Source: the human T2T-CHM13v2.0 reference genome, Homo sapiens
Direction: 5' to 3' (one strand)
Length of the DNA stretch: 64,000 nucleotides
Assembly (NCBI RefSeq): GCF_009914755.1
Contig: NC_060927.1
Shown here: positions 41,254 through 56,246 of the stretch, piece by piece
Position numbering within the stretch: the first letter of the stretch is position 1
Layout of the letters: each line of letters starts with the position of its first letter
Program-made: the position numbers and the translations under genes
Notes under the pieces: model-generated
The model's input: only the letters and a program-made list of their open reading frames with translations
Told to the model about the DNA's origin: nothing
Database searches by the model: none

Positions 41254-42862
41254 TGTTGGTGAAAGATAAACACATAGAAAAACAGAGCAGAAGAAAGAAC
41301 ACCTAGAAATAGACCCACATAAATATAATAAATTGAACTTTGACAAAGACATAAAGGCAATCTGATAGAAAAAGGACAGTCTTTTCAACAAAAGCTGCTG
41401 AAAGTATTGGGTATCTATATGAAAAAAAAAAAAAAACCTAGACACAGACCATACACTTTTTACAAAAATTAACTCAAAATGAATCATAGACTTAAATGTA
41501 TAATGCAAAGCTGTAAAGCTTCGAGAAGAAACTGATGACCTTGGTGCTTGGTGGTGATGTGTATTTAGATGCCATACCAAAGTTAGGTTTCATGAAAGAA
41601 ACAATTCATAAGTTGGACTTTATTAAAATTAAACATCCAGAGCCCATAAAAGATAATAAAAACAAGTCACAAATGTGAGAAAATATTTAAAAATCACTTG
41701 TATCCCAAATATAGAAAGAACTCAAAAATTAATAATAAAAAAGCAAACAATCCAAATTTTTAAATGGTCAAAAGATCTGAACAGACACCTCAACAGAAAA
41801 AAGTTATGGCTAAAATCCAAAAAACTGACACTATCAATTGTTGGCAGGCATGCAGACCAGCAGGAATTCTCAATCATTGCTAGCAGGAATGTAAAATGGT
41901 AAAGGCAATTCGGAAGATGGTTTGATATTTTCTTACAAAGCTGAAATCGACTTACCAACAACTGTACTCCTAGGTATTCATCCAACCTACTTGAAAATTT
42001 ATGTATATACAAAAATCTGCATGCAATATTTATAGCAGCTTTATTTATAATCACCAAAAACTGCAGCAACCAAGATGTCCTTCAATAGGAGAATGTATAA
42101 GCAAACTACGCTCTATGCATGCAGTGGAATGAGTTATCAAGCCAGGCAAAAATATAATGAATTAACGCGATTGTGAAGTGCAAGTCAGCCTGGAAAGCTA
42201 CACACTACACGGTCTAATGTATATGACATTCTGGAAAAGCCAAAACTGTAGACAAAGTAAACAGATCAGTGCTTGTCAGGGTCACAGGGAGGGTTGAACA
42301 GGTTAAGCACGAGGGAGGCAGATTTTTTAGGAAAATTAATGTACTCTATGATACCATAATGGTGGATACAGGAAACAGTTCATTTGTCAAAATCAACGGA
42401 ACTCTACAGCACAAAGAATGAAATTTAAAGAAAAAATTATTTATGGGGCTAGGGGACTCCAAGATGGAATGCAGACTGACCAGAAAAAAATTAACTGTAT
42501 TAAAAAAGTATGGAATAACCTGACTGAAGAGGGTAGGAGAAAAGATACTGACTTAAGTAACTTTGTAAATAAGTAGAAACCATAAGACTAAAAGCAAAAA
42601 ACTTTTCTTAAGTACTGTACTCTGGGTAGTAAAATTGTTTCCTATGGGGGTTCAGGTTAACTATTCTGAAACCACTATACATGTATGCTGAAATGGAACA
42701 ATTAAGTAAATTGCCTGCAGGTGGTGGGAGATAAATTTCTCATTGTTGGAAGGAAAGGCTATAGAGAAGCAAAGGGGGAAGGCTAGAATGATTCATGTGA
42801 TACTAGATCAGTTTGAGACATCAGTATGAACTCACACTGACTTAATATAAGTATAGATGGAA

Positions 42863-42918
<56 letters not shown>

Positions 42919-43915
42919 CAATTGAAAGGGCCTGGAATCTACCACACCCTAGCAGCAACAATGAACCTAAGATTTTGGTTTCTAATATCAATTAAAGGGA
43001 CTAGGGCTCTTTGAAGAAATGTCTGATTCTAGGGCCAGAACAGGGACTATATAATCCGAACCTGGAGGTTTTTTGTAGTGCTAGAAAGCAAGGAAGTACT
43101 AAAGCACACACACAACAAAGGGACACAGGAATCAACCTAAAGAAATCCCAGTGGCCAAAGCTGGGACAATTTGAGCAACAGAATAAATAATGTGGCATTA
43201 TTTTATAACCCAAAGTATAAAATATCTATAAGCCCATGCTGATACAAACAAATGATTGCATAAACAAATAAATAGGGAAGACAAGGCGCCTCTCCCATAC
43301 GGAAGAATCCCAAATGCTTTATGTGTAACTCTCATCAAGGGGGTGATGCAGAACTCCCCACCCTTTATGTACAGCTTGAGTATAGTGACTTCATTCCAGA
43401 GTGAACAATATGGAAAACAGGGCTTGGAAGAGTAACTTTACAAGGAAGAAATCTGATAAACACTACTTCAGCCAGGTGATCAAGTTCAAGTCGATGATGA
43501 ACTTGACCATTAACAATGATAAGTCATGTTGATAGCACATACCCTAATGTGATATGATGAAGACGGCATTTTACCTCTATAGTACTCCTCTATAAAACAA
43601 TAACATCAATGTAACCACAAGAAAAACATTAGCTAAATCAAAATTGAAGGTCATTCTATGCAATGCTTGACCAGCACTTCTCAAACCTGTCAAGGTCATC
43701 AAAATCAAGGAAAGACTGAGAAACTGTCACAGCCAAGATATTGGTGCATTAGTTTCACCAAGATTATTGGTGCCTCAATACTGGTGCGTGAGTTGACAAA
43801 TGTACCACACTAATATAAGATGTTAAAAATAGGGGAACCTCGGTGTAGGGTATATGGATTTTCACAACTTTTCTGTAAATATAAAACCATTCAAAAATTA
43901 AAAGTTTATTTTAAA
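41254..43915 (+). mobile_element. L1MC/L1MD-like ORF2 3' part plus long 3'UTR
   Basis: ORF2 motifs 'agaaatagacccacat' and 'caaaaattaactcaaaatg'; 3'UTR motifs 'caaggtcatcaaaatcaaggaaagactgagaaactgtcacagcc'; terminus 'aaaagtttattttaaaaa'. Confidence 0.85.
42867..42914 (+). repeat. (AC)24 microsatellite
   Basis: 48-bp uninterrupted AC tract. Confidence 0.97.
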
Positions 43916-43924
43916 AATGTACAT

Positions 43925-44090
43925 GCTTCCCACCACTTAATAACTGTGGTATCAACTGTATTACTTTAAACTCTCTGAGAATCATTTTCCTATTTGTAAG
44001 CTGGGATAATCCTGCTGCAAGGATTATAATACACGTAAATTCCCTATCACAGTGCATAGCACATAGATGTTAATAAACATTAGTTCTTTT
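43925..44090 (+). mobile_element. MIR
   Basis: 'ttaaactctctgagaatcattttcctatttgtaag', 'cacagtgcatagcacataga'. Confidence 0.6.
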
Positions 44091-45890
44091 TCTTCTCTTT
44101 CCACACATAATACTATGCATTTCAAAATACATCTGTTCTATCTTTTTAAAGAAGGGTTCATTACTATTTTAAATAAAATCATTTTCTCAAAAAGAATATT
44201 TAATATCGTGGCACAATTTAAAAACTAGTTTTTGGAGATTCCTAGTATATCGCAATAACATAATAATTGCAAGGAGCAAATACAATCTGTCTCTATTTTA
44301 TGATAAATTGTCTATAGTAAAAAATGGACTGTTAATTGCATAACTGAAGTTATAGCTTATCAAATCAGGCCATCAACATTAAGCCTATGATTGATTCCCT
44401 TTTTAGGGACTGGAGCAGGAAGATGTAAGGGCCTATTTAGAGTTGACTAAGCTAAGAAAGACATGGAGGAATTACATGAGGACCCAACATTTACAGAGAC
44501 AGCTTCAATATAAAATATGCAAAGATGCAAATTTAAACATTACCTGGAGAATTTCAGGGTGTAAGACCACAGAACATTGTTTCAGCAAAGGGAGCAGTAA
44601 CATGATACAGTTAAATAATAGAACACTCTAATTATCTAGAAATAAGTTTGAAATGCCTAAGGTAATAGTGCCTGCAAGCTCATAGTATTACAGAAATAAT
44701 TCCATTTTTCAAAATTAACCACCAAATTTGCATGAGGAATATCCAAAATTGAAAAAAAATTGCCTGGTGTTGAAATATGCATTTTTATTTTGATGTTAAA
44801 CCTTTCGAACACCTGCTTTAACAAACTGTCTCCAAGTGAAGATGTATATATGTTATGTATTTTATGTCATAAAATATTAGAAAAGGAATTATACTGGTAA
44901 AGTGACCAATATATTATATGTGAGAATAACTTAACGTTTTAAAACACTTCCACATACATCACTTGTTTCTTCTCAACAACCTCATTTTGAGTCACATTTG
45001 GCTCCACTCCCATTTTATAGATAAGTGAATGTAACCTCAACTAACCTCATTACACAAGCATTTATTGTGAAACTACTAAACGCCAATGCAGTATGCTAGC
45101 TGCCAGGTGTGCATTCCTAAATAACACTGACATGGTCCCCACCACTGGGAAACTCAACTCCAGATGACTTTGTTTTATCATGTCACAGACCACCCTGACA
45201 GATTAGTGGCACTGCCAGATTAGTGGCTGCTGCACATCTGATAGGATCCCCAGAAGACGACGCTGCTCCCAAAGACTTGGGCATGTCAAGCTCGACCCTT
45301 CTAAAAGGTGTGTGGCAAACTGATGACTGCACCCCAGAAAATGTTGCCTCAGCTCCCTGTTCATCTTTCTTCTCTTCAAACAGGGGATACCAGCAGTGCT
45401 CAAGCTCAGGATGAAAAAGGAGAAAGTAAATTTTCTTCTCTCTTCCACCATGCAAACCACCCACCAAATAACCCAGCTTTCTCAAATGTTTAACATGGTA
45501 GTAAATTTATCTTCCTTAATTCTAATATATTTTGGAATGAAAGATTATCTTTTGGTCAATGGTTAGGTCTATTATGTACGAAGAACTAACTTGACCAATA
45601 TTTTCAAAAGCCAGACAATGGCAAGTTGAAAGTGGTAATGCAATTATTCCCTTAAACCTTAAGACAAAGGAGAACAAATGCATTTATTTACATGAACAAA
45701 TTTTTTATTATGGTGTTTGAAGCTCACACTTTTTATTTTAAAGCATATATTAAAATTGGAGCTAGTCATTTGAGCTTTGAAATAAACATTTCAGGACAAT
45801 AGATGCACACTTGATGAAAAGCTGACCTTTGCAGTACATATCGACATTCACAAAAAAATGGAAAGATATTGACACAGTGCAAACATTTTT

Positions 45891-48600
<2,710 letters not shown>

Positions 48601-48650
48601 AGTGCAAATGTCTTTAAACAGTCATTTAGCCTGTCCATTATTCCAAATAA

Positions 48651-48697
48651 TTAGGTTGGTGCAAAAGTAACTACGGCTTTACCATTAAAAGTAATAA
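48651..48697 (+). mobile_element. Partial MADE1 (Hsmar1-derived MITE), one TIR only
   Basis: TTAGGTTGGTGCAAAAGTAACTACGG...CCATTAAAAGTAAT matches the MADE1 left arm and spacer. Confidence 0.85.
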
Positions 48698-49814
48698 CTG
48701 GTTTGATTCATTTCATTTATATTAGCTTGTCAGTTCATTCAAAATCGTTAAACTCCTGCTGGTGTGCAAGCACAAAATGGTGTCATTGACTTATTTGGGT
48801 TCTCAAGTGTATGGTAAACAACTGAAAATGGGCTTCATGGCTCTTTCACCAACTAGAGAATTAAGCATCCACAGGGGAGAAAGTGGTTTGAAAAAATAAA
48901 AGCACAGCCAAGCAAAAAATGTGTTTTGATTTTTAAGTGCAAAGTCCAAATTTGTTTTCAGTTTGTCTCTAAACCTCTTTCAGAGTTTTTCTCCTAGAAC
49001 CTCCTCTCCCCTGTGGGATCATACTGAACAATGTTTTGACGTCTCAGTCATTTCCATAACAGCAGATTACAGAAACAAGACAAGCAGTCAAACAAGTAAA
49101 ATGGTTTGAATTTAAAAACAGTTCTGGATCACTACGAAGACAGACATGGAATTGTACCCTGCTTGTGGAGAGAAAAACTACTGATCTTTTCTTTTTACTG
49201 TTGATAATTCATTGAAGGAAAAACCACTATGACTTTGAAATTTACTCTTATTGTGCTTTTTTTAAAAGTTATGTTGTTCCTGATATCCTTACACATTTTT
49301 AAGTTCCTTTCCCACCTATCTTTTCTTCCTGCCATTCCATCCCCTTGTGATTCTTGCTAAATTTGCCAGTTGGAATGTGAAGGCTAAATTATCAGTACTG
49401 ATGTGTCAGTATCACTCAGAGAAAAAGGTGCCAATATTTCATCCTAGCAGTCATCATTCCCATAAAAAAACACACTTTGTTGAAAACAAACTAGTTGATT
49501 ATACAAAACCTCTACTAAGATAATTGGTTATTTACATTTACAAAAAATTCAATATAGCCAAAATATTAAGGAAGCTGAATTTATTGAAGAGTTTATTCAC
49601 AACAATTAAACCTGGTTGAGTACGTATGCAGCCTCAGCGAGTTACTCATAATGGGAAGAGCATGGCTTCTGGAATATAATAGACCAGGATTCAAACCCTC
49701 GGCCTAAAATGTACATACCGTTAGCCTCAACTGTAAACAAAACTTATATATAAACTCTTTGAGCCTTAATTACTCCATTGAGGAAATGAAAATAATACCA
49801 CCAAAGGATATAAT

Positions 49815-49992
49815 CATGTGCTGTTAAACCAAAAATTTGAAAAGCCATGATCTGCAGCATTTGTCAGTTCCATGGTGTAATACTCACACAATGGCCATTT
49901 TCAAGCTAGCAACGTAACATCAATGAATGAGGACTTGGGAAGAGATGCACAGAATCAGCCCTCAAGAGCCAGGATGAATCAGTTTCAACATA
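49815..49992 (-). mobile_element. MER63A-like hAT element nested in a MIR (~49645-50080)
   Basis: 'ccatggtgtaatactc...tggccattttcaagctagcaacg...ttgggaagagatgcac' is antisense MER63. MIR sequence flanks it on both sides. Confidence 0.7.
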
Positions 49993-51349
49993 GAAAGTTC
50001 TTACAGCAAAATGATCCTTAATCTTAAACTGGCACAATAATAGTCATTCAATAAATAGTTTTTATTGTTAGTATAACTATTAGCCAAATTCACAAGGATA
50101 AGTAGCCTATCAATTCATACCTGATCCAAAAAACAATGAAACATCTAGACAATAATTGAAGTTCTATATCATAGGTACATATGGAATATTACTGACCTTG
50201 GGCAACACTGTCACCCTAAGCCTAAAATTATTTTACTTTTTCTTTTGAACACAATGGAGGCGTTAAATCATGTGGATATCAGCTTTTCTCAGTTGATGTT
50301 TCCAAATTATTGGTCCCAGATTATCAAGACCCATTGAATTGAAATAATTGCAATTATTTCATCAGAGTATTGAAGGTATGTATCGACAGTGTGGCAGGCA
50401 ATCCTTGCATATATAGAATCAGCATGGTGTCAAAGTGTGTTGGCTTACCAGGTTTATGCACAGGTTATCATAAACCAGAGATTTATTATGGGAAGAAAAA
50501 GTAATATCCAAACAACTGTACATAGCTAGAGTGCTTCCCCCTTTTATTGTGTGCTTGATAAATCATTTATTATGCCAGTGAAGATAAAGCAACATTTACA
50601 TGTCCCTCAAGTGTTGTTGTCTGTAGTAAATAATGCTGATTGAACTATGCATCAAAAAAATGAAAGTTTATAACCTCATGGAATACATGCAACTTTGTCT
50701 GAATGAAAAATGGAAGGTTATAAATCACAGATAACCACATTGTGAAATAAAATATGCAAGACCTCCCTTACATGAGATGGAGTTCTGTCCTATTTATTTG
50801 CTTGATTGTGTTTTGGCAACTATAATCTTTATGGCATAGCTGGTAAGGCCAATCATGAGGAAGTCAGCTCCAAACGTATATTAAGGATTTATTTTAGTCA
50901 CCTCTGCTTCTCTTCTACTTGGGGTGGGGGACTCATAAATATGGCCCGCCCATACATTAAATTGCTTAGTGAGCCATAGATTTAAGCTGAGAAAAGGAAA
51001 AGCGAACTCATATATTATTAAATTCCATAAAAGCTATTAAATCAGCTAAGGAGCACAATAATAGAAAATGAGTTTAAGAAAAACTGAGTTTTTTATTTTG
51101 ATTTCACTTGAGGAAGAAAATATAGATGCTAGAGCTGGTTTTGCTGGAAAAGTTTCCATGTTGCATAAATATATAGAAGAAAAAGCTAATTCTAAAGAAA
51201 GAGAATGCATTTTAATCTTTAATCATCTTCTTGATTTTAGTAGGCCCAAATTTGAATGCTTAGACAACAGGCATTCATTAGGAGGTAAATATCAAATACC
51301 CACTTTATATGAAAACAAACAAAAAAATGAAAAAAAAACGGAAGAAATT

Positions 51350-51750
51350 TAGGGTAAAATGGCAGATGAGACACAATCCCAGGTTTCAAGGAATATGCAA
51401 TCAAGTTAGGGAGCAGGGGAATAAGGCAGTATATCTAAACAAGGCAGAAGACAAGTGTTGCAAGAGAGCTACAAACACTGCTATATGAACTATCAAATTC
51501 ACTTGTGGAATCTGGTTAGGATTTTAAAAGAACTGACTGTTACTGGGCCATGAAAATAAGATAGAATTTTAACAGATGACAGTTGGGGCGGGAGAAGATC
51601 ATTACAGGTGGAAGATATAGCAAAAGAAACTAAACATGGGACATGAAGGGAATTTTTTTTTTTAGAATAAGAAATTTTCCAATAAGCACAAATTCCAAGT
51701 TACATTAGACTTCCAGGACTGGTTCAAGGTTGTGAATGCCAGGATAACAA
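51350..51750 (-). mobile_element. L2 fragment
   Basis: 'gagacacaatcccagg', 'gggccatgaaaataagatagaattttaacagatg', 'cattacaggtggaaga'. Confidence 0.5.
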
Positions 51751-53977
51751 ATCAAGAAACAGTTAACTTAAAGAGTAGGAGACCGGTCACATGGAGCATG
51801 ACTGATAGAACTAAAAAGGAAGCCTGTCTAACATTTCTGTATTCCCCTTGGGCTTTCAGAAGTCCTTCTTGATCCCAGCTCTCTAACAAGTAGGTCAAGG
51901 GGTTCACATGCCATAAAAAATATAAGCAGGTTCATTGTTCACTTGAGTGAAACTCCGGCATACAGTCTGTAGGAAGTAATGAGAACCTCCTTACTCCAAT
52001 TATCATTATTCTCCCCATGTGAAAAAAGCTTTCTTCCTCCTTGCCCGGAGCCTGTACTTCTGATGGAGTTTCCAACAGTGCCAAACAGCAAGGCATAATT
52101 CCATTACTCCTGGAACTATTCTTACATATTTATCCCTGCTGATATTTGTGATCTGAAAAAGGTAGTTTGAATACAGATGAGCCCATGTGATATGAATACA
52201 GGTTTTGTTTTGCATCATTTGACTAAATTAAATTCTAACCAGAATAACAAAACTCCATTTTTAAAGTGGTGTATTCAAACACGGATTTGGTCTAGTTATG
52301 ACGTAGCTTAGCTCATGTTGCTCATAAATATGTGTAAACTGTTCATTATCTCATGCCTTCCTAAATCCCTGGCTTGTTAGAATAATCTAGTGAGACAAGA
52401 TATACAAGAATTTTGTAAAATGTAAAATTCACCAGTATTAGGCTTGTTAGAGCAAAAAAAAAATTTCTTGGTTTGTAGATTCAGTGGAAAGATTATTGTA
52501 GGTTTTAATAAGATAACATTCAGTGTGAAAATTCCAAATGAGAAGAAATGTAAAATTTTTATCATCTGTTTGCATGTGATTTCAGTTTTTCCATGTAAAT
52601 AAACATGTACGGCTTGCCCAAGTTCACACGACTAATTACGTATAGAACTGGGATCTGACTTTCTTCACACCAATTCATCAGGTCACTTTTTCCTACCATA
52701 AAAATCTTACCTGGTTGATAATACAAAACACTGCTATTTTTCTTGCTTCATCTAGGCTCAAGTTTCTTAGTACCAGGTACCAAAATACCAGATTAACGAG
52801 GTCATCCAAAAAATGGTCTTTATGGCAAAACCATATGTAAGCCTTCAAAATTCCAAAATGTATTTTAAACACTACTTACTGAATCATCTCGCAATTAACA
52901 CGTACCATTCTGTTTGCAGTTCATAGCACTTTATTTTCCCTGAATGCTTTACAGAACTTTATAGAGCTTTATAAAACTTCCATCTTCTTGAGTGCAGTAT
53001 TCTTAGGGACCAGTGATATTTGTTACTGGGTGAAATTCAATTGTCTCCATTTTATTTGATGTTGCTAAGATAACCTCACGCTCAAAATCACATGAATCTT
53101 CTTATTTTGAATATTATTCAGAGGAAAACTTGGTTTTTTTGTTTTTTAGCAATGTGTTTTTTTAAAAAATAAAAATAGCAAAATTCTATTTTGGACTATC
53201 CCTCCAGTGGTTATTTTCTTAGTTTCAATTGACTGTTTGCAGTATGCTTTCTCTATCACTTCCCAACTTTTATCTCTAAGATTAAAATGGTTGCTGTCAC
53301 TTTAAAAGTGAATGCACCACTAGGGAATACAAAACTTTTTCTTTAACTATTTAACTATGCAATCCATAATACCATTAAATAATTTAATTAGGTTGAAAAT
53401 GATCATGCATAAATATATTATAATGATTTTATAACATAGTCATATTTTACATTTATGAAAAGTATATATTGAGATAACTAGAAATATGCAAATAGACATA
53501 AATACATATTTATGTCTAGTAAATATAAAATAAGACATGTACCATATGTACCACATCATACATCAAAAAATTTGATATGATAAATATCAAAATAATGAAT
53601 CTAAAACTATTTCCTAGAAAAATGTAATAAGTAAAATGCCCTTATAAATATATTTTTGAGGCAAAAATCTAAAATCATATTTTAGTTAAAAAAATACACA
53701 CACACACATACAAATTATCTATGCCCACAGTTCACTCATTCTATTATTGTTTAATTTTTTTCAGTGATCTCTCAGAGGCCTTTATAGATTCTGAATACAA
53801 GTCTTTTGTATTGGGAATATTATCCAGCTTTGTGGCTTGCATTTTCACCCTCTTAATGCTACGTTTGATGAACAGTTCTCAATTTGATGAGCTCCAATTT
53901 ATCAATCTTATTTTGATTGAGCTTTTGGCACCTTAAGAAATATTTTCCTCTCCTACCTTATGTATTTGACTAGAATG

Positions 53978-54135
53978 GTACTGTCCACTAGTCATGCGAG
54001 ATTACAGAGTACTTGAAATACGGCTAGTCCAAAGTGAGATGAAAGCTAAGTGCAAAATACACACTGAATTTAGAAGACTCAGTATGAAATAAGAATGTGA
54101 AATATCTCAAATAATTTTATATTCATGAAATGTGT
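53978..54135. mobile_element. MER33-like hAT-Charlie fragment
   Basis: 'gtacttgaaatacggctagtcc', 'aagtgcaaaatacacactgaattt.gaagact.agtatgaaa', 'gaatgtgaaatatctc'. Confidence 0.7.
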
Positions 54136-54275
54136 TTACATTGCTTACCTTTTCATTCATTTTGTCCCTCTTTTCTATGCTTTTATTTACCATATTAATC
54201 ATCGTTATTTTAAATTCTTTGGCTAACTCTAATATCAGTTTCATTTGTGGGCATCCAAGGTTTGTGTTATTTCTT

Positions 54276-54587
<312 letters not shown>

Positions 54588-55286
54588 TGTGTTATTTCTT
54601 GATACTCACATTTACATCTCTCTTTTCATGTATAAAAATTAAATGCCATGTATTATATATAAATGAATCAGAGATTTATGTTACCTTCCACCAACTAGTA
54701 GTTCAACTCTCCTCTATTAAGCAGAGAGGAGAGGGGGTGGTCACTTTAATCCATTAAAGGATTGAGCTGGGTTGGGGTGGGCTGTCATTTTAGTAAGACT
54801 TAGTCCAACACTGGTATGTCTCTGTTCCTCAGGTGTGGTGGTGCTTTTGTTTGTGAACCTGGCATGTCTCTATCTTCTCAGTTCTAAAATGACAAGATTG
54901 CCTTTAGAGATTGGAGCTTAGCCCTTTATCTCCTACTCTATGTGGGCGTCAAAATATGCAAACTTTTCGTTTAAGGAAAGTCTCACCCTCTATAGGAACT
55001 TTGTTTCCTAAGTATTAAGACACAACAGCAGATTTTACTCTGCTTTTCTGTGCCCCAGCTACCCAAAACTCAGAAAACATCTTGCAGAGATAACTGGTCC
55101 TATGTTTGGTTCTCCTTTAGTTTCTCATTCATCAAGCCAGCCTCTTGCTGGTTTCTCTATTCCATGATAAATCCTCTTCATGGACCAAGACTATACTTAC
55201 TGAAAATTCAGAAACAGCAGATTCCCACAAGTAAAAATAGTTGGTTATTGTTAGTTTTCATATGAAAGTCTTCTCTCATTGGAAGT

Positions 55287-56246
55287 TGTGGTAGGTAGAA
55301 TTTTAAGATGGCCTCCAAGCTTTCCTACCCCTGGTACACATGTCTTGCCTATCTCTGGGCCCTTAATTATGTAGGATTTTACTCCTGGGACTAGGTTGAT
55401 ATGGTTTGGCTCTACGTTCCCACCCAAATCTCATCCCAAATTGTAATCCTCATGTATGAGTGGAGGGGCCTGGTGAGAGGTGATGGAATCATGGGGGCGG
55501 ACTTCCCCCTTGCTATTGTCACAATAGTGAGTGAGTTCTCATGAAATCTGGTTGTTTGAAAGTGTGTGCCACTTCCCCTTCACTCTTTCTCCTGCAATGT
55601 AAAACGTGCCTTGCTTCTCCTTTGCCTTTTGCCATGATAGTAAGTTTCCTAAGGCCTCCCAGCTATGCAGAACTGTGAGTCAATTAATCTTCTTTTTTTT
55701 ATATAAATTACTCTAAGTTAGTTCTTCATAACAGTGTGAAAACGAACTGATACATAGGTTATGTTATATCGCATGGTTAACTTTGAGAAAGGGAGACTAC
55801 CCAGGTGGGCCTTATGTAATCGCATGAGTCCTTTAAAAGCACAGTTTTCCCTGGCTGGCTGCAGAAGGGAAAGTCAGAGACAAGTACTTGGCCACACCTG
55901 GAAAACAGGAAAAACCCATGTTGTAAACAGCCAACAGACAGGTATGCCTCAAGGAGGTGAAAGTGGTTTCCAGCCAACAGCTACAGAAAAACTAGGACCT
56001 GCATTCTACAAACACAAGAAAATTAATTCTCAGAACAGCCAATGAGACTGTTAAAGTATTCCAAGCCCCACATAAGAAGTACAGCCCCAGTTGACAATCT
56101 GCTTTTAGTCTTGTAAGACCCCAAGCAAAGAACTTTGCCATGCTGAGCACAGACTTCTGAACTATAAAACTATGACTTATTAATGGGTGTTGTTTCACAC
56201 CACTAAGGAGAAGATAGTAATTTGTTACACAGCAATAGTAAACTAT
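55287..56246 (+). mobile_element. MLT1E-like solo LTR split by a THE1D
   Basis: Start TGTGGTAGGTAGAATTTTAAGATGGCC; end 'aatttgttacacagcaatagtaaacta'. The LTR is contiguous across the TAGGT duplication. Confidence 0.8.
55397..55754 (+). mobile_element. THE1D/MSTA-like solo LTR nested in an MLT1
   Basis: TGATATGGTTTGGCTC...GAACTGATACA termini. Perfect TSD TAGGT (55392-55396, 55755-55759). Confidence 0.9.

Noticed and set aside
53312-53328. CTCF-like CCACTAGGG
   Set aside because: It lacks the essential 3' GGC of the core motif (reads CCACTAGGGAAT).
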